Positions 1-10,088 are shown, numbered from the stretch's first letter. The stretch: 64,000 bases of DNA from Candidatus Hermodarchaeota archaeon (GCA_048885865.1 JBHLLF010000005.1:67547-131546), one strand, 5' to 3'. Numbers and translations: made by a program. The notes: generated by a model not told the origin, from the sequence alone.

Positions 1-723
1 GGAAACCTGCGCTCAAAGGCAAAGAGAGACTCTGACCTATTGGTGAGGCTGCTTGAGTTCATGGACACTCCTCAGTATCTTCGCAGGCGTATTTTCCCCA
101 AGACACCATCGTTGAAGTTCACGGGTCTTCTTCCGCCACTGAGAATTCGAAGCCACCCACTAGACTCAGAACCCTCTGAATTGTCAGTAGGAATGATAAG
201 GTGGGGAGTCCAAGTTCGTTTCGGCAAAATGGATATCGGTGTTGGTGAGCTTATTGACCATTCTGAAGCACTGAGTGAAAGGACTCCCACACTCCTTCGC
301 ATCATCGAAACCAAGCCCAAAATACGTGTTGAACCCATCAATCGGTCTGAAATTGAGAGATACTGGGGGTTCGAGGTAGAGAGAATCACCAATCTTGTAG
401 ATAGACTAAGTGAATCTTCTCATATGACTCGAATCATCTTCTCGAGAAACGCACCACCTTACAGTCGACTTGAGAACGAGATTGTATCCACCGTGTCTAA
501 CACTAAATCCATCCTTGCAGTCTTTGGCGGTCCCATGCATGGCGTCGCTGAGCTCTTATCGAATGAAAAGGATGCAGTCAAAAAGAACTCGGACTTCTGG
601 GTGAACACCATCATGGGACAAGGTACTGAAACTGTACGTTTGGAGGAGGCAGTCCTAGCGAGTCTTGCACTGATCAACAAATCAGTCGGGAATATTGTAT
701 CTCCTCCTGGCTATCATGACTAG
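1..723 (+). CDS. SPOUT-class RNA methyltransferase (DUF171-like), 5'-truncated by window edge
   Basis: Frame open from position 1; TPQYLR, VFGGP and QGTETVRLEEA motifs; this family usually lies upstream of archaeal rpl3. Confidence 0.8.
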   Translation, partial: GNLRSKAKRDSDLLVRLLEFMDTPQYLRRRIFPKTPSLKFTGLLPPLRIRSHPLDSEPSELSVGMIRWGVQVRFGKMDIGVGELIDHSEALSERTPTLLRIIETKPKIRVEPINRSEIERYWGFEVERITNLVDRLSESSHMTRIIFSRNAPPYSRLENEIVSTVSNTKSILAVFGGPMHGVAELLSNEKDAVKKNSDFWVNTIMGQGTETVRLEEAVLASLALINKSVGNIVSPPGYHD

Positions 724-800
724 CGTCCCTATCCGTGGGTTTTATAGAAACAAGATGCTTGACACAGGCCAGTCCAATTATCTCGTAGAGGTGTTAATGC

Positions 801-3167
801 GTGACCACAGAGAGAGTCCGGCGCCTAAGAGAACAGAGTATCAGGACAAGCCCATACATCTCCACAGAAAGGGCTGAGTTAGTCACAGATTTCTATCAGA
901 GTGGTGGCGCCGATAATCTCTCTTATCCTGTGGCACGCGCCAGAGCCTTTCGATATGTCCTTCTCAACAAAGAGATCTACATAGGCGAAGACGAACTCAT
1001 TGTTGGCGAGCGTGGTCCAAGTCCAAGAGCGACTCCAACGTATCCAGAGCTTTGTTGTCACACAATATCTGACTTGGAGGTCTGCAATAACCGTGTCAGA
1101 TCTCGATTCATAGTCAGTGATGACACAAAGGAGGTCTACCGCGAGGACATTATCCCGTTTTGGCATGGACGGACCATGCGCGAACGTGTGTTTGCAGCAA
1201 TGTCGGAGGAGTGGCTGAAAGCATTCAAGGCGGGCGTCTATACAGAGTTCATGGAACAACGCGCCCCTGGTCATGCAATCCTCGATGACAAGATTTACCG
1301 AAGGGGAATCAATGACTTCATTCAGGATATCGATGAGCAATTGGACAAGATTGACTTCTATAATGACAAAGAAGCCTATTCCAAGGAACAAGAGCTCACA
1401 GCAATTCGCATAGTCGCAGAGGCCATCATCGAGTTCGCACATCGTCATGCTGACAAAGCCAAGGAGCTAGCAGAATCGGAGAGAAATTCCGAGAGAAGGA
1501 AGGAGCTCGAGAAGATAGCTGAGGTATGTAGCCACGTTCCTGCGAATGCCCCCCGCAATTTCTGGGAAGCATTGCAGACATACTGGTTTGTGCATCTTGG
1601 CGTGATTATTGAACTGAATGTCTGGGACTCTTTCAATCCCGGACGGCTCGATGTCAACCTATTTCCTTTCTATAAGAACGATCTTGATGAAAAACTGATG
1701 ACCCGGGACTTTGCGAAGGAACTACTGCAGTGTTTCTGGGTCAAATTTCATAATCAGCCCGCACCCCCAAAGGTGGAAATCACAGAGGAACAGAGTGGCA
1801 CCTACCAAGACTTTACTCTCATAAACACAGGCGGTCTCACAATAAATGGCACCGATGCAGTGAACGACCTCTCCTATCTTCTGCTTGAGGTCTGCGAAGA
1901 GATGCAGCTTGTCATGCCTAGCATGTGTATCCAAATCAGCGAGGAGAATCCTGAGGACTTCCTACTGAGAGCTATTGATGTAGTGAGCACAGGGCTTGGT
2001 CAGCCCTCCATGTTCAACACTGATGTGATAATCAAAGAGTTTCTGCGGATGGGCAAATCTGTTGAAGATGCACGAATGGGTGGACCCAGTGGATGCGTCA
2101 CGATAGGCGCGTTCGGAAAAGAGAGCGTCATCCTCACAGGATATCTAAACTGGCCAAAGATTCTAGAGATCACATTGAACAATGGAATAGATCCCGCATC
2201 TGGAAAATTGGTGGGAATCGAAACCGGAAATCCTGAGGATTTTGGTTCCTATGACGAGCTGTTTGAAGCCTTCAAGAAGCAGTTGAAGTACTTCGTAGAC
2301 CTAAAGATCAAAGGCAACAACATCATCGAACGACTCTATGCGCAATACATGCCATCCCCCTTCATGTCCCTTCTGATGGATGACTGTATAAAACAGGCTA
2401 AGGACTACCACGATGGAGGGTCTAGATACAACTCCACCTATATCCAAGGCGTGGGGATGGGCACACTAACAGACTCACTCTCAGCCATGAAATACCACAT
2501 CTATGACAGGAAGACACTACCAATGGCAGAGCTGCTCAAGGCAATGAAGGACGACTTCGAGGGACATGAACCCATCCGTCAGATGCTTGTGAACAAAAGC
2601 CCGGCCTACGGTAACGATGATGACTATGCTGACAGCATTGCGCAGTCCGTTTTCGATGGGTATTTCGACATTCTAGACGGTCGGCCCAACACTAAAGGTG
2701 GAGAATATCGTGTAAACCTTCTCCCAACGACTGTTCATATCTACTTTGGACAGGTCACTGGAGCCACTCCCAATGGGCGCAAATCTGGCAAGCCGCTCTC
2801 TGATGGTGTTTCTCCATCTCATGGTGCTGATACCAACGGGCCAACAGCAGTGATTAAATCCGTCGCAAAGATTGATCATTCAAGAACGGGTGGAACCCTG
2901 CTGAATCAGAAGCTTATGCCCGACATAGTGGCTGATGAAGAAGGCAAGTCTAAACTTGCTCATCTGGTCCGAGCATACTTCAAGCTGGGTGGCCACCATA
3001 TTCAATTCAACGTGATTGAGAGGAGCACCTTACTTGAAGCGCAACAGAATCCGGAGAAATATCGTGACCTCATCGTGAGAGTGGCAGGTTACAGCGATTA
3101 TTTCGTCAATCTTGGCAAGCCGCTGCAGGATGAGATCATCTCTAGAACAGAACATCAGGGTCTCTAA
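801..3167 (+). CDS. Glycyl radical enzyme, closest to trans-4-hydroxy-L-proline dehydratase (HypD) family
   Basis: C-terminal RVAGYS glycyl motif; EQRAPGH, WDSFNPGR, QPAPPKV, LPTTVH motifs; Cys loop SGCVT. Confidence 0.9.
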   Translation: MTTERVRRLREQSIRTSPYISTERAELVTDFYQSGGADNLSYPVARARAFRYVLLNKEIYIGEDELIVGERGPSPRATPTYPELCCHTISDLEVCNNRVRSRFIVSDDTKEVYREDIIPFWHGRTMRERVFAAMSEEWLKAFKAGVYTEFMEQRAPGHAILDDKIYRRGINDFIQDIDEQLDKIDFYNDKEAYSKEQELTAIRIVAEAIIEFAHRHADKAKELAESERNSERRKELEKIAEVCSHVPANAPRNFWEALQTYWFVHLGVIIELNVWDSFNPGRLDVNLFPFYKNDLDEKLMTRDFAKELLQCFWVKFHNQPAPPKVEITEEQSGTYQDFTLINTGGLTINGTDAVNDLSYLLLEVCEEMQLVMPSMCIQISEENPEDFLLRAIDVVSTGLGQPSMFNTDVIIKEFLRMGKSVEDARMGGPSGCVTIGAFGKESVILTGYLNWPKILEITLNNGIDPASGKLVGIETGNPEDFGSYDELFEAFKKQLKYFVDLKIKGNNIIERLYAQYMPSPFMSLLMDDCIKQAKDYHDGGSRYNSTYIQGVGMGTLTDSLSAMKYHIYDRKTLPMAELLKAMKDDFEGHEPIRQMLVNKSPAYGNDDDYADSIAQSVFDGYFDILDGRPNTKGGEYRVNLLPTTVHIYFGQVTGATPNGRKSGKPLSDGVSPSHGADTNGPTAVIKSVAKIDHSRTGGTLLNQKLMPDIVADEEGKSKLAHLVRAYFKLGGHHIQFNVIERSTLLEAQQNPEKYRDLIVRVAGYSDYFVNLGKPLQDEIISRTEHQGL

Positions 3168-3323
3168 GCCGCAAATCTTTACTATTTGACATAGGGCAAT
3201 GTTAAAAAGGATATCAAAAAGCGGAAATGACCGTAGTAAGAAATGCCTAGTATCGAGACCATTCATCTATCAGACGATTCAGAATTTTGATTACTGGGCT
3301 GCAAAACTACAGGTGAACATATA

Positions 3324-4331
3324 ATGGCACATAGAAAGAAACATGCGCCAAGACGAGGAAGTCTTGCTTATCTTCCTCGAGGAAGGGCATCAAAATTCTT
3401 GCCCAGAATTAAGAACTGGCCCGAGCATGATGGTTCCGATGCGAAACTACTTGGTTTTGTAGGATTCAAAGCTGGAATGTCTCACGCAGTAATGACTGTC
3501 CAAAACCCAAACAGTCCGTTTAAGGGGCAGGAGAGGGTCATCCCTATCACGATTGTCGATACTCCCCCCATTAGGCCTTTCTCCATCCGTGGATACAGGG
3601 CTACAGCCTATGGTCGGAAACTTGTTGCAGAAGTCTTGGCAGAGAATCTCTCTGAAGATTTGCGAAAAGCAATGCCGTTGCCGAAGAAATACAAGCATAA
3701 GGCAAAGATGAAGGAGTTCGAATCACAGCTCAATGCATTTGATGAGATTCGCGTACTAGTCCATACCCAACCACGGCTTGCTGGGGTGTCAAAGAAGAAA
3801 CCTGACATCTCGGAATACAAGGTAGGGGCTTCTAATGTTCAAGAAGCATTTGAGTATGCAAAAAGTGTGTTGGGCAATGACGTACGTGTCGCTGACATCC
3901 TTCGAGAAGGGACTCTCGTTGACACAATTGCTGTTACAAAGGGACATGGATTCCAAGGACCAGTACGACGCTGGGGAGTCAGGATTCTACAACACAAATC
4001 GCGTAAGACAAAGCGTGGAGTAGGTTGTATAGGTCCATGGTCTCCGACGAACATTCGCTACAGTGTTCCCCGTCCTGGACAGACAGGTTTCCATACACGT
4101 ACCAGCTTCAACAATGAAGTACTCAAGATGGGCGAGCGTGGTGAGGAAATCACGCCGTCAGGTGGCTTTGTGAACTATGGTGTGATACGAGGTGACTATG
4201 TCATCCTCTGGGGCTCAATTCCAGGCCCTGTCAAGAGACCAGTCCGTCTCAGAATGGCAATTCGACCCAAGAGGTCGCATCTCGGTCAAGTGACTCAGGT
4301 GAATTACATCAGTACCACATCCAAACAATGA
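3324..4331 (+). CDS. rpl3: 50S ribosomal protein L3 (uL3)
   Basis: PRRGSL, GFKAGM, KGHGFQGPVRRWG, PRPGQTGFH motifs. Confidence 0.98.
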   Translation: MAHRKKHAPRRGSLAYLPRGRASKFLPRIKNWPEHDGSDAKLLGFVGFKAGMSHAVMTVQNPNSPFKGQERVIPITIVDTPPIRPFSIRGYRATAYGRKLVAEVLAENLSEDLRKAMPLPKKYKHKAKMKEFESQLNAFDEIRVLVHTQPRLAGVSKKKPDISEYKVGASNVQEAFEYAKSVLGNDVRVADILREGTLVDTIAVTKGHGFQGPVRRWGVRILQHKSRKTKRGVGCIGPWSPTNIRYSVPRPGQTGFHTRTSFNNEVLKMGERGEEITPSGGFVNYGVIRGDYVILWGSIPGPVKRPVRLRMAIRPKRSHLGQVTQVNYISTTSKQ

Positions 4332-4348
4332 CAGGAGGTTGAAAGGAA

Positions 4349-5137
4349 ATGGCGAGTGTAAAGACATATTCGTTGAAAGGAAAAGCTGGTCCTACGATCA
4401 AGCTACCTGTTCAGTTTGAAACTGCCTATCGGCCGGACATCATCAAACGAGCTGTGCTTGCAGTCCAGTCAAAGAGGCGTCAGCCTCATGGTGTAGATGA
4501 GTTTGCTGGAAAACGAAACACAGCACAGAGCTGGCAGACAGGTCACGGAAGATCAAGGATGCCTCGAATCAAAGGCAGTGGAACTCCAGCGGCTAATAAG
4601 GCAGGTTTCGCTCCGGGGACAGTTGGTGGCAGAGTTGCTCATCCGCCCGAGGCCCGGAAAGTCATCATTGAGAGGGTCAATAAGAAGGAGAACCGTCTTG
4701 CCATTCGTTCTGCTATTGCAGCCACGGCTAGCAAGGAAATTGTGGAACGGAGAGGTCACAAGACTGAGTCAGTACCCTCAGTGCCTCTCGTAGTCAGTGA
4801 CAAGCTCGAAACATTACAGACCACAAAGCAGGTCCGTGAGGTAGTCACAGCACTGGGACTTGAAGATGACCTGATGCGGGCTATAAATGGCCGTGGAGTG
4901 AGAGCAGGCAAGGGGAAAATGCGTGGCAGAAAGATGAAGACCCCAAAGTCCTTCCTGATTGTGGTAGGACAGGACAAGGGGATCGTCAAGGCTGCCCGGA
5001 ATCTCCCGGGTGTAGACATCGCTGAAGTTCACGGACTGAACGCAGACTTGTTGGCACCAGGGACACATCCAGGCCGACTTGTGCTATGGACAACATCCGC
5101 CATAGAGCGGCTTGAGAAGGAGTCCCTGTTTCTGTGA
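4349..5137 (+). CDS. rpl4: 50S ribosomal protein L4 (uL4)
   Basis: RPDIIKRA, GGRVAHPP, RAGKGKMRGR, LLAPGTHPGRL; GGAGG RBS. Confidence 0.98.
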   Translation: MASVKTYSLKGKAGPTIKLPVQFETAYRPDIIKRAVLAVQSKRRQPHGVDEFAGKRNTAQSWQTGHGRSRMPRIKGSGTPAANKAGFAPGTVGGRVAHPPEARKVIIERVNKKENRLAIRSAIAATASKEIVERRGHKTESVPSVPLVVSDKLETLQTTKQVREVVTALGLEDDLMRAINGRGVRAGKGKMRGRKMKTPKSFLIVVGQDKGIVKAARNLPGVDIAEVHGLNADLLAPGTHPGRLVLWTTSAIERLEKESLFL

Positions 5138-5148
5138 GGTGAGATGAG

Positions 5149-5409
5149 ATGGATCCGAATCAAGTCATCATTCGACCAGTTGTCACAGAAGCAAGCCTAG
5201 AGGCTGTGGACAGCCATAACAAGCTCACCTTCTATGTGGACCGGAGAGCAAACAAGAACACTATTCGATGGGCTGTAGAATCCCTCTACGATGTGGTAGT
5301 GGATAACGTCAACACGCTGATACTGCCTGATGGAAAGAAGAAGGCATTCGTGCGTCTGGCACCTGAATATAGTGCCGCAGAGGTTGCAACTAACCTCGGG
5401 ATATTCTAA
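5149..5409 (+). CDS. rpl23: 50S ribosomal protein L23 (uL23)
   Basis: PVVTE, NKLTFYVD, KKAFVRL; operon order. Confidence 0.97.
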   Translation: MDPNQVIIRPVVTEASLEAVDSHNKLTFYVDRRANKNTIRWAVESLYDVVVDNVNTLILPDGKKKAFVRLAPEYSAAEVATNLGIF

Positions 5410-5421
5410 GGAGGTTATGAT

Positions 5422-6141
5422 ATGGGTAGACGTGTACTCGTGCAACGAAAGGGAAGAGGCACAACTCAGTGGAGGAGTCCAAGTCACAAGAAGATTGCAC
5501 CGGCTAGGCACCCTAAGTGGGCGCCAGACAAGACCTACGTTGGCAAGGTCATAAATCTACAACATGAGGCTGGTCGAGGTGCTCCTCTTGCACATGTCAA
5601 GTATGAGGGAGAGTCCAAGATTCACTATATGATTGCTCCAGAAGGCGTTCAAGTGGGTCAAATTGTAGAGTGTGGCGAAGACGCAGCACTGCAAAACGGC
5701 AACACGATGATGCTTCAACACATTCCAGAAGGTACGCCCGTCTACAATATCGAGGGCAATCCTGGAGATGGTGGCAAATATGTCCGTTCCTCTGGACTGA
5801 CGGCAACAATCGTGTCAATCGACAAGTCCAAGGCCATGGTGCGCCTGCCGAGTGGCAAGCAGAAGGCGTTTAGTCCAAGGTGCAGAGCAACCATTGGGAT
5901 AGTGGCCGGAGGAGGAAGGACAGAGAAGCCATTCCTCAAAGCTGGTGCTGTGTGGCATCATGTTCGAGGCAAAGCTCGAAAGTGGCCAGTGACCCGTGGT
6001 GCAGCTATGAATGCAGCTAGCCACCCACACGGTGGTGGATCACATCAGTCCCCTGGTAGGCCAACGACCGTGAGCAGACATGCTCCTCCTGGCCGTAAGG
6101 TAGGGAACATCGCAGCTAGACGTACAGGCCGCAAGAAGTAG
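5422..6141 (+). CDS. rpl2: 50S ribosomal protein L2 (uL2)
   Basis: RGAAMNAASHPHGGG, PPGRKVGNIAARRTG. Confidence 0.98.
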   Translation: MGRRVLVQRKGRGTTQWRSPSHKKIAPARHPKWAPDKTYVGKVINLQHEAGRGAPLAHVKYEGESKIHYMIAPEGVQVGQIVECGEDAALQNGNTMMLQHIPEGTPVYNIEGNPGDGGKYVRSSGLTATIVSIDKSKAMVRLPSGKQKAFSPRCRATIGIVAGGGRTEKPFLKAGAVWHHVRGKARKWPVTRGAAMNAASHPHGGGSHQSPGRPTTVSRHAPPGRKVGNIAARRTGRKK

Positions 6142-6145
6142 AATT

Positions 6146-6183
6146 GAGAGGAGGCTAGCCCTCTTCTCCAACCTTCCTTTTTC
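6146..6183 (+). terminator. Hairpin plus T-rich tract after rpl2
   Basis: GAGAGGAGG-ctagc-CCTCTTCTC stem followed by pyrimidine/T run. Confidence 0.5.
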
Positions 6184-6270
6184 TATTCCTAGAATGCTCT
6201 GGGAAACTAACACCTGAGTAATATCCACATTCATATCTCGAGATTAGGTCTTCTGTACAGAGGTCTAGTT

Positions 6271-6456
6271 ATGCGTCTCATTGCTGTGCACCTCCCCGAG
6301 AGGATAATCGAAGACATTCAACGACTAGTGAATCGTGGACTCTATCCCAATCGTTCTGAGGCCATAAGAATCGCAATCAGGGATTTGCTCAAGCGTGAGC
6401 TTTGGGAGCGCAGCATGAAAAGTAGTGTGAGCGCTGGCGAGGTCGTAGGACAATGA
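6271..6456 (+). CDS. Ribbon-helix-helix (CopG/Arc) regulator, CdrS-like
   Basis: IAVHLP...GLYPNRSEAIRIAIRDLL RHH signature; stop overlaps ftsZ start (ATGA). Confidence 0.85.
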   Translation: MRLIAVHLPERIIEDIQRLVNRGLYPNRSEAIRIAIRDLLKRELWERSMKSSVSAGEVVGQ

Positions 6457-7721
6457 AATCACTGATTGATTCAGCAAGAGAACACAGTCGCACTGAGAGG
6501 AGCGGCATTGCCCAGCGTGACATGGGCCAGGCACGGATAGTGGTGGTTGGCTGTGGTGGCGCAGGCAACAATACAGTAAAACGGCTGATGACAATTGGAG
6601 TCCAAGGTGCCGAGTGCGTTGCCATCAATACAGACCGCCAGCACCTTGCAGTGACCACCGCCCATCGAAAGCTCTTGATTGGTGAGAGGATTACCCGAGG
6701 TCTTGGTGCCGGGGGGTATCCACATGTTGGTCGGGCTGCTGCTGAGGAGTCAACCCATCAGCTCACTGAGCTTCTTCGTGATGCAGACCTCGTGTTTATT
6801 GCAGCAGGTATGGGTGGCGGTACTGGAACAGGAAGTGCACCTGTGGTTGCTGAGATTGCGAAGAAGAATGACGCCATTGTCGTCGGAGTCATCACAATGC
6901 CGTTCAGCTTGGAACGGACTCGTATTGATAAAGCAACAGCTGGTCTTGCACGACTCCAGGAGAACGTTGATACAGCGGTAGTCATAGACAATCAGAAACT
7001 CATGGAGCTAGTGCCCGACCTGCCACTTGAGGAAGCATTTGGAGTTGCTGACGAAGTCCTTGCGAACATGGTGAAAGGAATCACAGAAACTATCACAATG
7101 CCTAGTCTCATTAACTTGGACTATGCAGATGTTCGCTCAATAATATGTAATGGCGGTGTGGCACTTGTTGGCCTAGGAGAGGCCACTGGATCGGACAGGG
7201 CGAATGACGCGATACGAAACTCCCTGAACAGTCCTCTTCTTGAAGTGGAGTGGACTGGAGCCACAGGAGCTCTGATACACATCACTGGCGGCCCAGACAT
7301 GTCCCTGGCTGAGGCAAACAAGGTTGGAGAGCTGGTATCAGAAAAGATGAGCACAGATGCAAATGTGATCTGGGGTGCACGAGTGGATCCGCGTCTGAGT
7401 GGAGTTCTACGTGTCATGTTGATTCTCACAGGCGTGAAGAGTCCCCAGCTACTTCCCCGTTCAAAGGAAGAGTCCTCAGCATCAAAGCTGCTTGGCAGGG
7501 CTCGTCTTTCTGAGCTCGGTATTTTGGCATCACATGTGAGTGCAACAGCCACAAAGTCGGCCTCTGAGAAGGCACGAAACTTCGGGAAAGTCCCGCCCAT
7601 CACAGGGCGCCCCTCATGGGAGGATCGACTGAAGCCTCTTGAGAGGAAGCTGATGCAGCGCAAGCCGCCTGAAGAAAGACAGAAGGACTTGAAAGACCTC
7701 GGTCTCCGAAGAATTCTGTAA
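6453..7721 (+). CDS. ftsZ: Cell division protein FtsZ
   Basis: GGAGNN, GMGGGTGTG, INLDYADV; long basic C-terminal tail. Confidence 0.97.
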   Translation: MKSLIDSAREHSRTERSGIAQRDMGQARIVVVGCGGAGNNTVKRLMTIGVQGAECVAINTDRQHLAVTTAHRKLLIGERITRGLGAGGYPHVGRAAAEESTHQLTELLRDADLVFIAAGMGGGTGTGSAPVVAEIAKKNDAIVVGVITMPFSLERTRIDKATAGLARLQENVDTAVVIDNQKLMELVPDLPLEEAFGVADEVLANMVKGITETITMPSLINLDYADVRSIICNGGVALVGLGEATGSDRANDAIRNSLNSPLLEVEWTGATGALIHITGGPDMSLAEANKVGELVSEKMSTDANVIWGARVDPRLSGVLRVMLILTGVKSPQLLPRSKEESSASKLLGRARLSELGILASHVSATATKSASEKARNFGKVPPITGRPSWEDRLKPLERKLMQRKPPEERQKDLKDLGLRRIL

Positions 7722-7819
7722 AAGCCTGTCGAAAAGTCCAGAGTCGCAGCAGAGAACCTAGTTTGGACTAGTTTGAACTGGGAGAGCAATCAGCATTTCT
7801 TGAATCTGCATATTCTATA

Positions 7820-8248
7820 TCAGTCTAGACCATGTTCCTTGAACCATTCGTCCGCAATCTGTGCCACACGTTCATAGAGTGGACCAGTCCCATCGACGCC
7901 TTCAGGGGTAATTCTGATTTTGTTCATGACCAAGATTAAGGGCTGTTCGGCGAAGTACTGTACACCACCGGGTGGGAATGCTTTCTCAAGTTCCTTCACG
8001 AGACCTTCCAGACTGACCTCTCTCTCTGCAACGGAGAATGAAACAATGCTACTACCATAGAGAAAGATTCGGGGAATCGGGCCCTTCTTGGACTCAACAT
8101 CTGAGAGCACTATGCTCAGACTATTCTGATCAATTCCTCTCAGAGTACCAACATATGTGTCACCAGTGTTGATGACAACCTCTACTGTCGCACCTATAAC
8201 CGAAGCCAGTTCGCGGTTAAAGGCACGCATTGCTGCGACATCTGACAT
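7820..8248 (-). CDS. Sm/Lsm-like protein with C-terminal extension (SmAP3-like)
   Basis: Sm1 pattern GDTYVGTLRGID...IVLSDV plus ~65-aa C-terminal domain. Confidence 0.75.
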   Translation of the reverse strand: MSDVAAMRAFNRELASVIGATVEVVINTGDTYVGTLRGIDQNSLSIVLSDVESKKGPIPRIFLYGSSIVSFSVAEREVSLEGLVKELEKAFPPGGVQYFAEQPLILVMNKIRITPEGVDGTGPLYERVAQIADEWFKEHGLD

Positions 8249-8369
8249 TCTAATATCACCTTAGAGTGTAATCTCTGCGAATCAACGCCTCTTGCCATGT
8301 CGTTTTAAGCGTGATGCTTTGACGGAATGCGGAGTGCTTCCCTAGAGAATGTGTTATTAGTCTCTATCT

Positions 8370-9215
8370 TTGAAATCCGAATTGGTGAACAAATTGACAG
8401 TCACCAACAAACACTTTGCTCGGCAATTCCTACGTGAAGAGTGTCTTCCAGATCCCTTCTGCCCTGGATGCGGTAATATGGAAACAGGCTCGGCGTTCCT
8501 TAAGGCAGTGAAGGACTTGGGTCATGAAGACCTCAGTAAGTTCGCTTTTGTATCAGGCATTGGTTGTGGTGCTTGGATAGTTTCCCCACACTTTCGTGCA
8601 GACACTCTGCATACGACTCATGGACGTGCAATCGCGTTTGCAACTGGTCTGAAGCTGGCGATACCTGAGCAAGAGGTCGTTGTGATAAGTGGTGACGGAG
8701 ACCTGGCTGCAATTGGAGGGAATCACCTCATCCATGCTGCAAGGCGCAACATGGATCTCACAGTCATTTGTTCGAATAACTGGATTTACGGAATGACAGG
8801 TGGGCAAGTTGGACCCACAACGTTCACTGGAGACCGAACAAGCACAACACCTTATGGTAATCCAGAGCGGCCGTTCGACATTGCGCGACTAGTCGCAGCA
8901 GCGGGGGCCAATTATGTTGCAAGATGGACAACAGCACACCCGTTTCAGGCATCACGAGCTATGAAGACAGCTCTGGAGAGGAAGGGATTCACATTTGTAG
9001 AGATGCTCAGCCAGTGTCCGACTGCCTACGGCCGAAGAACCAAGGCAGGTGGTCCTGTTGAGATGCTGAAGTGGATGAAAAAGCTACCAGTTCGGAAGAA
9101 AGGCGATTCGATGGACTACATAACACCAAAGCATGATACTATAGACCTTGGAGTCTTTGTGGATCGGAATGAACCCTCCTTCTTGGAATCATTGAAAGCG
9201 ATAGTTGGCCAGTGA
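8370..9215 (+). CDS. 2-oxoacid:ferredoxin oxidoreductase beta subunit
   Basis: FCPGCG, GIGC, HGRA, GDGD TPP motif, YGMTGGQ. Confidence 0.93.
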   Translation: MKSELVNKLTVTNKHFARQFLREECLPDPFCPGCGNMETGSAFLKAVKDLGHEDLSKFAFVSGIGCGAWIVSPHFRADTLHTTHGRAIAFATGLKLAIPEQEVVVISGDGDLAAIGGNHLIHAARRNMDLTVICSNNWIYGMTGGQVGPTTFTGDRTSTTPYGNPERPFDIARLVAAAGANYVARWTTAHPFQASRAMKTALERKGFTFVEMLSQCPTAYGRRTKAGGPVEMLKWMKKLPVRKKGDSMDYITPKHDTIDLGVFVDRNEPSFLESLKAIVGQ

Positions 9216-9226
9216 GCTGAGGTGCC

Positions 9227-9754
9227 ATGAGGAAAGAGTTTCGCATAGCTGGGACTGGTGGAATGGGTGTTGTGCTCGCTGGTGTAATCCTAGGACATGC
9301 CGCTGTTGTGCATGCAGGACTTGAGTCTGTTCAGACTCAGAGCTATGGTTCAGAGGCTAGGGGAACCGCAGCAAAGAGTGAAGTAATCATCAGTGATGAG
9401 CAGATACGTTATCCAAAGGTCCGCGAGGCAGACTACAGTGTCTTGATGTCACAGAAGGCCTTTGAGTTGTATCTCTCAGGGGCTAAGAAAGGAGGGGTCT
9501 TATTGATAGATCCGGACCTAGTCAATCCCCAGGAGGCTGGAGATGACTTTGAGATAGTCAATATTCCAGCAATGAAGACAGCTGACGATTTGGGATTGCG
9601 TCTTGTTTCAAATATGATCATGCTAGGAGCATTAGTGAAAAAATCTGATGTGTTTCCTGTCGAGGCTCTTGAGAACGCACTGAGGGATCTTGTGAAATCA
9701 AAAACACTGCAACTTGATATTGATGCAGTCAGAGCTGGAACTGAGTTTGTCTAG
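9227..9754 (+). CDS. 2-oxoacid:ferredoxin oxidoreductase gamma subunit
   Basis: GTGGMGVV, QSYGSEARG, NMIMLGA. Confidence 0.92.
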   Translation: MRKEFRIAGTGGMGVVLAGVILGHAAVVHAGLESVQTQSYGSEARGTAAKSEVIISDEQIRYPKVREADYSVLMSQKAFELYLSGAKKGGVLLIDPDLVNPQEAGDDFEIVNIPAMKTADDLGLRLVSNMIMLGALVKKSDVFPVEALENALRDLVKSKTLQLDIDAVRAGTEFV

Positions 9755-10029
9755 CCGCCATGTACCAATGGCAGTATTACAATCTTGTCGCCATCTTCTA
9801 GCACAGTGTCGAGACCGCCTGTAAGACCGACATCAGCGTCGTTCCTTAGAATCAGTGCTTCACGGTCAATTCTGTTTGTATCTCTCCAGACCTTCTCAAC
9901 TTCTTCCTCTGATTTTATGAGGCTCCTGAGAGTCATTTCCAGACTTGCCCCCTCATCTATCTCCACATGAAAGACATGTAAGCCCCTCATTGATGCAAGA
10001 GGCCCTCGAAATCGTATCTCGACTCTCAT
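9751..10029 (-). CDS. MoaD/ThiS/SAMP ubiquitin-like protein
   Basis: Beta-grasp size; ends LEDGDKIVILPLVHGG. Confidence 0.9.
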   Translation of the reverse strand: MRVEIRFRGPLASMRGLHVFHVEIDEGASLEMTLRSLIKSEEEVEKVWRDTNRIDREALILRNDADVGLTGGLDTVLEDGDKIVILPLVHGG

Positions 10030-10088
10030 TCCAATCGGGGCTTTAGATTTCCTTCAACAGATAAAGGGCACGGAAACGGTCATCAATT

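Noticed and set aside
7121-7789. 222-aa antisense ORF
   Set aside because: Shadow of ftsZ with no protein-like motif.
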